From contig OZ257142.1 in the NCBI GenBank assembly GCA_965279035.1, forward strand, positions 256,001 through 320,000: a stretch of 64,000 bases of DNA, given 5' to 3'. Positions within the stretch are counted from its first letter, which is position 1, and each line of letters begins with the position of its first letter. Positions 47,048 to 57,075 of the stretch are shown piece by piece. A model generated the notes under the pieces. The model was not told where the DNA came from. It was given only the letters and a program-made list of their open reading frames with translations, and did not search any database. The DNA comes from Bacteroidia bacterium (GTDB lineage Bacteria > Bacteroidota > Bacteroidia > M30B66). Made by a program: the position numbers and the translations under genes.

Positions 47048-49963
47048 ATGATCCGATCCATTTCTATTCTATTTCTACTCCTTACTTTTCAATTACTAAG
47101 CGCACAAAGCAAGCCGGTAGATTACGTAAATCCATTTATTGGAACTGGTGGACATGGTCATACTTTTCCAGGTGCAACAACGCCATTTGGTATGGTGCAA
47201 TTGAGTCCGGATACGCGCATTGATGGATCTTGGGATGGCTGCGGAGGATACCATTACAGCGATTCGTTGATTTATGGTTTTTCGCATACACACCTTAGCG
47301 GAACAGGTTGTTCAGACTACGGCGACGTGTTGCTGATGCCATTGAGAAATAAGCCCGATTTCAGTAAAAAGCATTATCCCAGTTCCTTTTCACATAAAGC
47401 AGAAAGCGCTAGAGCTGGTTGGTATGAAGTGATTTTACGGGATGAATCGATACGTGCCGAATTAACTGCAAGCACTCGGGTAGGATTTCACCGTTATACT
47501 TTTCCTAGCAATCAAGGCTATCTCCTATTGGATTTACTTCATCGCGACGAATTACTTGAAGGAAGCATCGAACAGATTTCCGACAATCGAATTAGCGGAA
47601 TTCGAAGAAGTAAGGCTTGGGCAGAAGATCAGCTCGTTTATTTTGAAATGGAATTCTCCCAAAAAATTTCAGCTATAACGGGAGAAGCTGGAAATGAACG
47701 CGGAGATACTCGCATGGCTCTTTCGTTCGAAAACATGAATTCTCCCATGCTTGAGGTGAAGGTAGCTTTATCGTTTGCAACAGCAGCAGGAGCACATTTA
47801 AATCTCGAAACCGAAGGGAAAATTGGTTTTGATGAGGCAAAGAAAAATGCCAAAGAATTCTGGAACACAGAACTCAGCCGAATTGAAATCACTGGTGGAA
47901 AAGAAGAACAACGAAGTGTTTTCTACACTGCACTCTATCACACACTTATTCAACCCAATACAGTGAGCGATGTGGATGGAACATACCGCGGAATCGACAA
48001 GCTGATATACAAAACCGACGGTCATCCTTATTATTCCGTGTTTTCCCTTTGGGATACTTTCCGCGCAGCGCATCCTTTGTACACGATTCTTTATCCCGAA
48101 CGGACACGCGATTTTATCCGCACTTTTCTGCTCATGTACAAGCAAGGTGGTCGATTACCCGTTTGGGAATTAGCATCCAACGAAACCGACTGTATGATTG
48201 GTTACCACAGCGTGAGCGTGATTGCCGATGCTTGGTTCAAAGGAATCAGAGGTTTCGATACACAATTAGCATTGGAGGCCATGCAGGAAAGTGCTACTTG
48301 GAATCATTTGGGAATTCCAGAGTATATGGATCATGGATTTTTATCGGTTGATGATGAACACGAAAGCGTTTCCAAAACCTTGGAGTATGCCTATGATGAT
48401 TGGTGTATTGCCCGATTTGCTGAAGAAATGTATCAACCAACCATCTTTAAGAATTACGCCATTCGTTCGAAAAACTGGATGAATGTGTTTGATCCACTAA
48501 CGGGTTTTATGCGACCTAAAAAGAATGGCGCTTGGCTCGAACCTTTCGATCCTCGTCAGGTAAATAACCATTTTACAGAAGCCAATTCTTGGCAATACAG
48601 CTTCTTTGTTCCCCAAGATATTTACGGATTAGCTCAAGCTCATGGCGGACAAGATGCTTTGATAAAAAAACTCAACACCCTCTTTGAAACCGATTCCAAA
48701 ACAACCGGACGAACACAAAGCGATATTACCGGACTTATCGGCCAATACGCCCAAGGCAATGAGCCGAGTCATCATATGGCTTGGATGTTTAGTGTGTTGG
48801 GAGAGCCCAAACTTACACAGCAATACGTGAGAAGAATTTTAAGTGAGATGTATCACAATGCACCCGACGGACTTTCGGGCAATGAAGACTGTGGACAGAT
48901 GAGCGCTTGGTATGTGTTTGCAGCGATGGGATTTTATCCAATCTGTCCGGGCAATCCGAATTATGTGGTGGGCGCACCACTTTTTGATGAAATCCGCATC
49001 AAGCCAGTCAATGGAAAGCTATTTAGCATCAAAGCTCCGGGAGCAGGGAAAAGCAATTATACAGCAACTGTTGAAGGAAAAACAAACTTCTGGTTTAATC
49101 ACAGCAGCATCACCAATGGTGAATCCATCGCACTCAACATGGGCTCAAAAGCTCCAGCGAAACAAATTCTACAACAAGCACCCTTTAGTCTCGATTGGTC
49201 AACGATCAAAACAGTTCCCGTTCCTGTATTTTCTACATCACAACAAGTATTTCGAGATAGCTTGATTGTAAACATCGTTTCTGTTGATCCTGCGGCAAAA
49301 GTTTACTATACCACAAATGGTGAAGCTCCAACACGTCAATCTATTTTAGCAAAAGGTCCGATCAATATTCAAAATAGCAGCACCTTGAAAGCCATTGCTG
49401 TAAAAGACAGTGTTCAAAGTCCCGTTACTACAGCAAACTACCACAAAATCCCCCATAATTGGACTGTGAAAATTCTTTCCACTTATAATCCTCAATATAC
49501 TGCAGGTGGCGATCAAGGAATTATTGATGGATTATTTGGTGATGAAAACTGGCGTAAGGGCGACTGGCAAGGCTATCAGGGACAAGATTTCGAGTGTGTG
49601 GTAGATTTGCAAAAAGTGTCACTCGTTTCGGAAGTAGGCGCTTCTTTTCTTCAAGACACGCGCAGTTGGATACTTTTTCCTAAACAAGTGAGTTTTGAAT
49701 ATTCACTGGATGGTATCTCGTATCAACCATATCAAACGATCCAAAACACCATCGACCCCAAGGATAATACGGTCCAACTAAAGAAATTTGACTATGGATT
49801 ATCTGCTTCAACTCCATCAGGATCGGAACCCAAAGTTGCTCCGGTTTCAACTCCAATGCGCTATTTACGCGTAATAGCGAAAAATTTTGGCGTCCTTCCT
49901 GCATGGCATCAAGGTGCTGGTGGCGAAGCATTCATTTTCATCGATGAGATTTGGGCTAATTAG
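47048..49963 (+). CDS. GH92 alpha-mannosidase with C-terminal Fn3-like and F5/8-like domains
   Basis: VNPFIGTGGHGHTFPGA, SHTHLSGTG, SLWDTFR, GNEPSHH and GNEDCGQMSAW. Confidence 0.95.
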   Translation: MIRSISILFLLLTFQLLSAQSKPVDYVNPFIGTGGHGHTFPGATTPFGMVQLSPDTRIDGSWDGCGGYHYSDSLIYGFSHTHLSGTGCSDYGDVLLMPLRNKPDFSKKHYPSSFSHKAESARAGWYEVILRDESIRAELTASTRVGFHRYTFPSNQGYLLLDLLHRDELLEGSIEQISDNRISGIRRSKAWAEDQLVYFEMEFSQKISAITGEAGNERGDTRMALSFENMNSPMLEVKVALSFATAAGAHLNLETEGKIGFDEAKKNAKEFWNTELSRIEITGGKEEQRSVFYTALYHTLIQPNTVSDVDGTYRGIDKLIYKTDGHPYYSVFSLWDTFRAAHPLYTILYPERTRDFIRTFLLMYKQGGRLPVWELASNETDCMIGYHSVSVIADAWFKGIRGFDTQLALEAMQESATWNHLGIPEYMDHGFLSVDDEHESVSKTLEYAYDDWCIARFAEEMYQPTIFKNYAIRSKNWMNVFDPLTGFMRPKKNGAWLEPFDPRQVNNHFTEANSWQYSFFVPQDIYGLAQAHGGQDALIKKLNTLFETDSKTTGRTQSDITGLIGQYAQGNEPSHHMAWMFSVLGEPKLTQQYVRRILSEMYHNAPDGLSGNEDCGQMSAWYVFAAMGFYPICPGNPNYVVGAPLFDEIRIKPVNGKLFSIKAPGAGKSNYTATVEGKTNFWFNHSSITNGESIALNMGSKAPAKQILQQAPFSLDWSTIKTVPVPVFSTSQQVFRDSLIVNIVSVDPAAKVYYTTNGEAPTRQSILAKGPINIQNSSTLKAIAVKDSVQSPVTTANYHKIPHNWTVKILSTYNPQYTAGGDQGIIDGLFGDENWRKGDWQGYQGQDFECVVDLQKVSLVSEVGASFLQDTRSWILFPKQVSFEYSLDGISYQPYQTIQNTIDPKDNTVQLKKFDYGLSASTPSGSEPKVAPVSTPMRYLRVIAKNFGVLPAWHQGAGGEAFIFIDEIWAN
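49943..49963 (+). repeat. 21-bp direct repeat, copy 1 (3' end of the GH92 gene)
   Basis: GATGAGATTTGGGCTAATTAG, identical to 51667-51687. Confidence 0.9.
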
Positions 49964-49977
49964 AGCAAATCCGACCA

Positions 49978-50065
49978 TTGCCCTTGTTATCTTACAAATT
50001 TTGTCAATAATTGCCCTTGTTATCTTACAAATATTTGTTATTTTTGCCCTTGTTATCTTACAAAT
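49978..50065 (+). repeat. Three 22-bp direct repeats with 33-bp period
   Basis: TTGCCCTTGTTATCTTACAAAT at 49978, 50011 and 50044, separated by 11-bp AT-rich spacers. Confidence 0.95.
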
Positions 50066-50068
50066 TAA

Positions 50069-51445
50069 ATGCTACACATTCGTCGGAAAGGGCTTATTTT
50101 ACTGGAACAATGGAGAGCTAAGAAAGGAAGAAAACCATTGGTTCTTCGTGGAGCCCGCCAAGTTGGTAAAACAACCCTCGTTCACGACTTCGCCAAAAAC
50201 TATACTCAGTTCATTTCACTCAACCTAGAACTAGCTGCTGATAAAAAGCTTTTCTCGGAAGATATGGATGTGGCGGCACTTATGAGTAGACTTATAATTA
50301 GAGAATCGATAAAGCCGAATTGGGAAAACACATTACTGTTTATTGATGAGATTCAAGAAGTGCCGGATGCCATTCAAATGCTGCGTTATTTCTATGAGCA
50401 TTTTCCCGATCTCTCCGTCATTGCAGCTGGCTCGCTATTAGAATTTGCTTTGGGAAGTGTGCGTAGTTTCCCTGTTGGGCGCGTTGAGTTTCAGTATTTA
50501 CATCCATTGTCGTTTGAGGAATTCCTGATCGCGTTGGATAAGCAACAAGCCATAAATGCAATGAAGCAAGTTCCGGTTCCTGACTTTGCTGTAGATGAAC
50601 TTCAGAAACTGTTTAATCAGTATTGTCTTTTAGGTGGAATGCCCGAAGTGTTGGCACGTTATCGAGAAGACGGCAATATGTTCAACATACAACAGATCTA
50701 CGAAAGCATATGGAAGTCGTATCAAAGTGATGTAGAAAAATACGGAGGAAATAAGTTAGCGAAACAAATGATTCGGTTTGTTCTAAATAATGCTCCTGCG
50801 AGCTTCGATCAAAGAATTACCTTCCAAAATTTTGGACAATCAACTTACCGAACACGAGAAATAGGAGAAGCATTTCGACAACTCCATGATACAGGATTGT
50901 TGCGCTTAATTTACCCTACAACAGAAGTCAAAACGCCAATGCTTCCCGATTACAAAAAAAGTCCCCGCATGCAGTTTTTAGACTGTGGATTATTGGTGAA
51001 TCGTCTTGGAATACTTGCAGAATTAATTGGATTGGAAGACTTAAGTGATGCGGCAAGAGGAGCGCTTATTCCACACTGTGTGTTTCAAGAACGTATTGCC
51101 ATTCAAGACTACACTGATAATTCGCCTTTTTTCTGGGTGAGGGAGAAGTCGCAATCGAGCGCCGAAGTTGATTTAATTATTCAACGAGGCTCCCTCGTTA
51201 TTCCCGTAGAAATAAAATCAGGAAGCATTGGGAAACTTCGATCCTTGCATGCTTTCATGGATCAATCACCATCAACCATTGCCATTCGTCTTCACCAAGG
51301 AAAAGCAGCTGTTGATGAAGTAAAAACACCATCGGGAAAGATCTATTCCTTGTTAAGCCTTCCTTACTTTTTAGCAGCATCGCTGGAAACATACATTGAA
51401 AACTGGCGAAATGAAGATGAAAAATCCTGGAAATTGATTTCGTGA
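50069..51445 (+). CDS. AAA+ ATPase (AAA_14 plus DUF4143)
   Basis: Walker A GARQVGKT, Walker B LFIDEIQ, GGMPE and PD-(D/E)xK-like EVDL...VEIKSG. Confidence 0.92.
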   Translation: MLHIRRKGLILLEQWRAKKGRKPLVLRGARQVGKTTLVHDFAKNYTQFISLNLELAADKKLFSEDMDVAALMSRLIIRESIKPNWENTLLFIDEIQEVPDAIQMLRYFYEHFPDLSVIAAGSLLEFALGSVRSFPVGRVEFQYLHPLSFEEFLIALDKQQAINAMKQVPVPDFAVDELQKLFNQYCLLGGMPEVLARYREDGNMFNIQQIYESIWKSYQSDVEKYGGNKLAKQMIRFVLNNAPASFDQRITFQNFGQSTYRTREIGEAFRQLHDTGLLRLIYPTTEVKTPMLPDYKKSPRMQFLDCGLLVNRLGILAELIGLEDLSDAARGALIPHCVFQERIAIQDYTDNSPFFWVREKSQSSAEVDLIIQRGSLVIPVEIKSGSIGKLRSLHAFMDQSPSTIAIRLHQGKAAVDEVKTPSGKIYSLLSLPYFLAASLETYIENWRNEDEKSWKLIS

Positions 51446-51466
51446 TTTACTTTGTTCTATTTTAAA

Positions 51467-51523
51467 CTCCCCTCTCCTGCCACATAGTGGTCCCTACGGG
51501 AAGGAGAAGGGCCGGGGGTGAGG
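51467..51523. repeat. REP-like palindromic element
   Basis: CCCCTCTCCT...AGGAGAAGGGCCGGGGGTGAGG with inner CCAC/GTGG and TCCC/GGGA hairpins. Confidence 0.55.
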
Positions 51524-51586
51524 TCAACGAATGCCCCAATTTGAATATCTTTTACCAAAGAAAACCCTCTTCCTTTTTTGCTTTAA

Positions 51587-51687
51587 ATACGATACATCCT
51601 AATTAAAACGAAGAATTTAAGCTTCTACTATAATGGTATCAGTACGCCGGTGGTTATGCCTTTATTGATGAGATTTGGGCTAATTAG
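51587..51687 (+). pseudogene. Decayed duplicate of the GH92 3' end
   Basis: Translates with a frameshift as IRYILIKTKN...WYQYAGGYAFIDEIWAN*, versus GH92 MRYLRVIAKN...WHQGAGGEAFIFIDEIWAN*. Confidence 0.75.
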
Positions 51688-51708
51688 TTTCTTGCTTTCT
51701 AAAACCAA

Positions 51709-52215
51709 TCACGATTCTTTCTCAAACTTTTCGATGCGCATACCTATTTCCATAATCATGGGAACTGCCGGCTGACGCATTGCTTGCTCAATGGTAAAGG
51801 TGTATTTTCCTTTTAGTGGAAAGCGAATATTTTGTTTGAAAAGAATCTGACTATCCCATAAATCGCCTAAACCGGAACCACTCCATTTACCATCTGGACT
51901 TTGCAATAAGAATTCAATGGTATCGCGAGCGGCTTTGCCATTGGGGAATTCTGTTTTTAAAAACACAAACAGATTGCTAAACGGATATCCCTCGGCATGA
52001 CGAATATTCATGTAAAAATTGTTTCCACTCAGCGTATCGTCGATGTTTACCTCGAACCGAATGGGCTGATCTACCTTCCAAATATTGTCTGGAATGGGCG
52101 TGTTTTCTTCAAAAACCCGTTGTTTATCGCAGCTGCTTATGAAGAAAATCATAAGCAGAAGCAATACTATCTCAGGCTTCAGGCGTTTGAGGCGGCTTAG
52201 GTGGACGCGGGCCAT
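51709..52215 (-). CDS. gldH: Gliding motility lipoprotein GldH
   Basis: Lipobox ISSC; YPFSNLFVF, G.WSGSG, IEQAMR; lies downstream of the PSP1 gene. Confidence 0.9.
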   Translation of the reverse strand: MARVHLSRLKRLKPEIVLLLLMIFFISSCDKQRVFEENTPIPDNIWKVDQPIRFEVNIDDTLSGNNFYMNIRHAEGYPFSNLFVFLKTEFPNGKAARDTIEFLLQSPDGKWSGSGLGDLWDSQILFKQNIRFPLKGKYTFTIEQAMRQPAVPMIMEIGMRIEKFEKES

Positions 52216-53554
52216 GATTCGGGCGTTTGTTATTATTGGGACGTTGGCCTTGATTCGAAGGCTGTGGAGGACGATTGGCTGGAGCTGTTTGTGGCGGACG
52301 ATCTCCTTGCGATGGCCGCTGTGGACGGTTTTGCTGAGGAGCTCGCTGAGGATTGGGATTTTGAATTGGAGGATTCATGTCAGCTAACGGATAACGTGAA
52401 CCACTATCAAGTATTTCGGGTTGACCGAATCCCGGCTTTTTCTTTTTCTTCTTTTTCTTGCGTTTCTCACTGTCGAATCGGGTGAGACTATCTTGTCCAA
52501 CCACATTGTCGTAATCAAGCTCTTTTACCACTTTCGGAATCTCCTTTTCGCTCAAAAGAACATCGGGTTTTTCTCCGTTCTTGTTGAGTTCCATGATCAA
52601 CTTTACGCGATCAATGGGCACAGCAATGAAATTTCCTGGATCATCCACATAGGAATAGTACATTACCCGTTTGAAGATATCTGTTTTTTGGTGGAAGGCT
52701 CCGGCTTTCTTGGTTTCTAGACGAGGCGTTCCTTCGGGAAAATCTTTTAAAGCATCGAGGTAAGCATCGAGTTCGTAGTTGAGGCAGCACTTTAATTTTC
52801 CACACTGGCCGGCAAGCTTTTGAGGATTGAGTGAAAGTTGCTGATAACGAGCTGCACTCGTGTTTACCGAGCGAAAATCGCGCAACCACGTAGAGCAACA
52901 TAATTCACGACCGCAAGATCCAATTCCACCAAGGCGCGAACTTTCCTGACGTGAACCAATCTGCTTCATCTCTATTCGAATCTTAAATTCATCCGCTAGG
53001 TGACGAATCAATTCACGAAAATCGACACGGTCTTCGGCGGTATAGTAAAAGATGGCTTTGGTGCTATCGCCTTGATATTCTACATCACTGATCTTCATAT
53101 TCAGCTTCAGTTCAACCGCAATGGCACGAGCGCGCATCATGGTAGATTGCTCTTTCTCAACTGCCGATTCCCATTTTTCTATATCCAAGGGACGCGCTTT
53201 ACGGTAAACCGCTTTGAAAGGTCCTTCGCTTGGAATACCCAGCTTTTTCAACTGTAAGCGAACAAGCTCTCCTGTCATCGACACCATGCCGATATCGTGT
53301 CCCGGAGAAGCTTCAACCGCAATCGCATCGCCCACAACCAATCCTGCCACTTCACCGATTCGGAAATATTCTTTCCGACTGTTTTTAAAACGAACTTCCA
53401 CGATATCGTAAGCTGCTTGACCATTAGGAAGTTCCATATTGGCAAGCCAGTCGAACACGGGCAGTTTGTTACATCCACCTGCATTGCAGGCTCCATTATT
53501 TTTACATCCGGCAGGCAATCCACCTCGCCCGGAAGAGCAACTTGTACAAGCCAT
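52172..53554 (-). CDS. ricT: PSP1/RicT (YaaT)-family Fe-S protein
   Basis: Cys-rich N-terminus (ATG 53554); RVDFRELI, GGIGSCGRELCC and GQCGKLKCCLNYE. Confidence 0.9.
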   Translation of the reverse strand: MACTSCSSGRGGLPAGCKNNGACNAGGCNKLPVFDWLANMELPNGQAAYDIVEVRFKNSRKEYFRIGEVAGLVVGDAIAVEASPGHDIGMVSMTGELVRLQLKKLGIPSEGPFKAVYRKARPLDIEKWESAVEKEQSTMMRARAIAVELKLNMKISDVEYQGDSTKAIFYYTAEDRVDFRELIRHLADEFKIRIEMKQIGSRQESSRLGGIGSCGRELCCSTWLRDFRSVNTSAARYQQLSLNPQKLAGQCGKLKCCLNYELDAYLDALKDFPEGTPRLETKKAGAFHQKTDIFKRVMYYSYVDDPGNFIAVPIDRVKLIMELNKNGEKPDVLLSEKEIPKVVKELDYDNVVGQDSLTRFDSEKRKKKKKKKKPGFGQPEILDSGSRYPLADMNPPIQNPNPQRAPQQNRPQRPSQGDRPPQTAPANRPPQPSNQGQRPNNNKRPNHGPRPPKPPQTPEA

Positions 53555-53668
53555 TGAATTAATCTTATATATCAGCAGATCTATCGTAGCAGGCAATCCA
53601 ACATTCAACACCAAGCCTTACGAGATCCGATGCCACAAAACTGGCGAAAAAAACTGAATGTTCGTCAA

Positions 53669-54817
53669 TCAGGAAGGGTTTGCAACCCGCGACTTTTCTT
53701 TTCGAAACACATCGGAGATCTGAAGTGAGGTATCGAAAAAGATGATTTTAGGATGCCCATTGCGTTCGATATGAGCACTTGCATCGTTGATATAACTGCT
53801 AATGACGCTATAATTCCCCGGATGAAAAAAGCGACTAAACTTCTCTAAAAAAACTCGTTCGCCAGCCGTTAGTCTATTCAGTTGCGGTTGATGATTCATG
53901 AGCATCGTTTGCCGAATCATGTAAAGAGCATAAGCGAAAAAGCCTTTTTGCCACTCTCTTCCTTCTTTGGCAAATTGATCGGTAATGCGTAAAAGTTCAC
54001 TCACCTGAAATCCATAACAGTAGAGCATCCAATTGCGAAAAAGTTCCAATTGTTGATCGGCTTCATCGCTGTTTTCGAGCATCCAACGCGCTTGAGCCAA
54101 ATTTCCTTCGGCTACTTCGGCAGCCATGGTACATCGATCGAGTGGCAAACCAGAATGTTGGTGCAAAATGTGAGCGGCTTCTGTTGCCGTGTAAGCGGGC
54201 ACTTTCATCAACTGTGTGCGCGAACGAATGGTTGCTAACAACTCGTCGGGATGTTGCGAAATAAGAAAAAGAATGGTTTTTTCGGGTGGCTCCTCCAAGG
54301 TTTTAAGGATGCGATTGGCGCCTTCAACACGCATTTTCTCAGGCAGCCAAATAATCATGAATTTGTATTCCGACTCAAACGCCTTAAACGTTAATCGCTT
54401 GATAATTTCGTTGGCTTCGTAGTTTGAAATAAAAGGTTGCTTGTTTCCAATGTCGATGGCATCTACCCATTGATCAATTCCGAGATATGGATCTTTGTGA
54501 AGTTCGGCACGCCAGAGTTCGAGAAAAGGTTGTGTGTGAAGTTCAGTTGTTGGTTTTTCCCAATTGACAGGAACTGAAAAGTGCAAATCGGGATGAGCCA
54601 GTTTGCGAAATTTGACACAGGAAGTACAGTGACCACAACTATCGGTTTCACTCGGGTGTTGACAGGCAATAAACTGAGCAAAAGCGATGCTTAAAGGCAA
54701 TGCTGCCGAACCTTCGGGACCTGCAAAAAGCTGTGCATGAGGAATGCGATTTTCATGAACGCTCTGAACGAGGCGTTGTTTCAAGTGTTCATGTCCGGGA
54801 ATCTCGGAAAACTGCAT
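53669..54817 (-). CDS. holB: DNA polymerase III delta-prime subunit
   Basis: PHAQLF.G, C..C Zn motif, HPDLH, ANRILKTLEEPP and TIRSR. Confidence 0.92.
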   Translation of the reverse strand: MQFSEIPGHEHLKQRLVQSVHENRIPHAQLFAGPEGSAALPLSIAFAQFIACQHPSETDSCGHCTSCVKFRKLAHPDLHFSVPVNWEKPTTELHTQPFLELWRAELHKDPYLGIDQWVDAIDIGNKQPFISNYEANEIIKRLTFKAFESEYKFMIIWLPEKMRVEGANRILKTLEEPPEKTILFLISQHPDELLATIRSRTQLMKVPAYTATEAAHILHQHSGLPLDRCTMAAEVAEGNLAQARWMLENSDEADQQLELFRNWMLYCYGFQVSELLRITDQFAKEGREWQKGFFAYALYMIRQTMLMNHQPQLNRLTAGERVFLEKFSRFFHPGNYSVISSYINDASAHIERNGHPKIIFFDTSLQISDVFRKEKSRVANPS

Positions 54818-54908
54818 GGGGCGAAAGTACGGAAAAAGGGATGGATGATCGATTTCTGCTTTAGGCTAAGCCTTTTTTTCTCAAATTCGCCTGCTCAAAA
54901 CTTTCCCT

Positions 54909-56099
54909 ATGCTCTCTATCGAAACCGCCGATTTCTCTGGAAAAAAAGTCCTTATTCGTGTTGATTTTAATGTGCCTTTGGATGCCAACTTGAATGTAAG
55001 TGACGATACTCGCATTCGTGCTGCGATTCCGACCATTCAAAAAGTGCTTTCGGGCGGAGGTGCTGTTATTTTGATGTCGCATTTGGGAAGACCAAAAGCT
55101 GGCCCAGAGGATAAATTTTCTTTGAAACATATTTGCGGAAAAGTTGCTGAATTACTAGGAAAGCCGGTTTTTTTCGCCGCGAATTGTATTGGACCAATTG
55201 CAGAAGCCGCCGTAAAGAATTTGAAATCGGGAGAGGTGTTGCTTCTTGAAAATTTGCGTTTTTATAAGGAAGAGGAAGCTGGCGATATTGATTTTGCTAA
55301 GAAACTAGCTGGATTGGGCGATGTGTATATGAACGATGCCTTTGGAACGGCTCACCGCGCTCATGCTTCTACAGCTGTAATCGCTCAATTTTTTCCTGTT
55401 CAGAAATTGTTTGGCTATGTGATGCAGGGCGAAATTGATGCAATTGATCGCGTATTGCAGCATCCTGTTCATCCTGTTTTAGCCATTATGGGTGGAGCCA
55501 AAGTGAGTAGCAAGATTTCGATCATCGAAAATATTCTTCCCAAAGTGAATCATTTGATTATTGGTGGAGGAATGACATTCACGTTTATCAAGGCATTGGG
55601 CGGACAAATTGGTTCTTCGCTGGTTGAAGATGAGCAGTTGAATCTTGCTTTGGAATTATTAGAGAAAGCAAAAACAATGGGGGTAGAAATTCACCTTCCG
55701 GTGGATGCGGTAATTGCAGATAAGTTTGCTGCCGATGCCCAAACACAAACTACCGATGTGAATAATATTCCTGCAGGTTGGATGGGATTGGATATAGGAC
55801 CAAAAACGATTGCACTTTTTGCGGACGTTATAAAATCATGTAAAACCATTTTGTGGAATGGACCCATGGGCGTTTTTGAGATGAAAGCATTCGAAAATGG
55901 TACACATCAAGTGGCCATGGCTATTGTTGCTGCAACAGAAGCAGGAAGTTTTTCTTTGGTTGGAGGTGGAGATTCGGTAGCTGCGGTAAACCAATTTGAC
56001 ATCGCCGATCGGGTTTCGTATGTGAGCACGGGTGGTGGTGCTTTGCTCGAATACATGGAAGGAATTGAATTGCCGGGTGTTGCGGCTATTCGGGGATAA
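54909..56099 (+). CDS. pgk: Phosphoglycerate kinase
   Basis: [39 protein letters not shown] and STGGGA. Confidence 0.98.
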   Translation: MLSIETADFSGKKVLIRVDFNVPLDANLNVSDDTRIRAAIPTIQKVLSGGGAVILMSHLGRPKAGPEDKFSLKHICGKVAELLGKPVFFAANCIGPIAEAAVKNLKSGEVLLLENLRFYKEEEAGDIDFAKKLAGLGDVYMNDAFGTAHRAHASTAVIAQFFPVQKLFGYVMQGEIDAIDRVLQHPVHPVLAIMGGAKVSSKISIIENILPKVNHLIIGGGMTFTFIKALGGQIGSSLVEDEQLNLALELLEKAKTMGVEIHLPVDAVIADKFAADAQTQTTDVNNIPAGWMGLDIGPKTIALFADVIKSCKTILWNGPMGVFEMKAFENGTHQVAMAIVAATEAGSFSLVGGGDSVAAVNQFDIADRVSYVSTGGGALLEYMEGIELPGVAAIRG

Positions 56100-56101
56100 T
56101 T

Positions 56102-57028
56102 TTATTTGGAAAAAACATAACCCAAAGAAAATTCTCCTGCCCAAGTACCAGGAGGCCAGCGTGTTTCATTATACGAATACGTAGTTCTGAAACATGCTTG
56201 TACAGATGAACTTGGTTTCCAAAAAAAGGCATTCCGAATTTGGATATCAATGTCACCATTTAGACTGATTGGATAAAACCACAGACTTGAGTGTTCCCAT
56301 CGAAAGTGATTTCCAATTGATTTTTCTAATCGAGATTGAAGGTTGAATCCGCCTTCGATTTTATAGTGCTTTTCTATGGGAACACCAGCTAGTTCTTTGC
56401 TTTGTTGCATGGAATATAAACGTTGGTTCAATATCCAAATCAGTTTTCCAGAAGCAAGTCCGAATTCAATTTTCCCCAATTTTCCGGGTTGATATTCGAT
56501 TCCTCCATTGAGTAATAAAGAACCAGGAGAGAAGAAACCTGCGTTTTGAATTTGAATCATTCTGCCACTAGAATCTTGCGAAGTAGAATACGTTCGTAAT
56601 TTTTGTGATTGAATACTACTATTCATTTGCCATCTCAATAGACGTTCTGAGCTTGGGGCAATTCCAACTTTCAACCGACTTAAGTCTTTATCAGGAGTGA
56701 ATACACTATCTGGAATCCAAGCAAATCCAGTTTCATCATAAAGGTCGAGGCTTTTCTCACAAATGGCATTGGTTTTTACTTTTCTAAATGAAGAAATAGA
56801 AGAGGCATTCATTTTATAAACTGGTGATTTTAATGAAATGGTATTATCAAGCTTGAATGCCGAAAAGAGCAATGTGATTTCTAATTTTTTATCCAGCTTT
56901 TTTTTATTTTGTTGTTGAATGGAATCTTTAATTATAGGATAAATTCGAACGTATTTACAAGGATCGGATTGGGCAATAGTATAGGTTGTCAGCACTTCGA
57001 AAAGGCAGATCATTATGGCTTTTTTCAT
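56102..57028 (-). CDS. DUF3078-like outer-membrane protein
   Basis: 'FFSPGSLLLNGGIEYQP' resembles the DUF3078 core; C-terminal LGYVF. Confidence 0.5.
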   Translation of the reverse strand: MKKAIMICLFEVLTTYTIAQSDPCKYVRIYPIIKDSIQQQNKKKLDKKLEITLLFSAFKLDNTISLKSPVYKMNASSISSFRKVKTNAICEKSLDLYDETGFAWIPDSVFTPDKDLSRLKVGIAPSSERLLRWQMNSSIQSQKLRTYSTSQDSSGRMIQIQNAGFFSPGSLLLNGGIEYQPGKLGKIEFGLASGKLIWILNQRLYSMQQSKELAGVPIEKHYKIEGGFNLQSRLEKSIGNHFRWEHSSLWFYPISLNGDIDIQIRNAFFWKPSSSVQACFRTTYSYNETRWPPGTWAGEFSLGYVFSK

Positions 57029-57075
57029 GGTTGATTATTGGCGGATGAATGGAACGCCTGACCAACCGGAACGGG

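Noticed and set aside
49978-50065. Possible mini CRISPR array
   Set aside because: Spacers are only 11 bp and AT-rich, there are three units, and no cas genes are present; it fits an operator or iteron array better.
49887-50228. ORF with a threefold ALVILQI peptide repeat
   Set aside because: It is a by-product of the 33-bp DNA period and overlaps both GH92 and the ATPase gene.
52200-52465. Lys run and Pro/Gln/Asn-rich repeats in ricT as a contingency locus
   Set aside because: Codons are mixed and in frame; this is an ordinary disordered tail.
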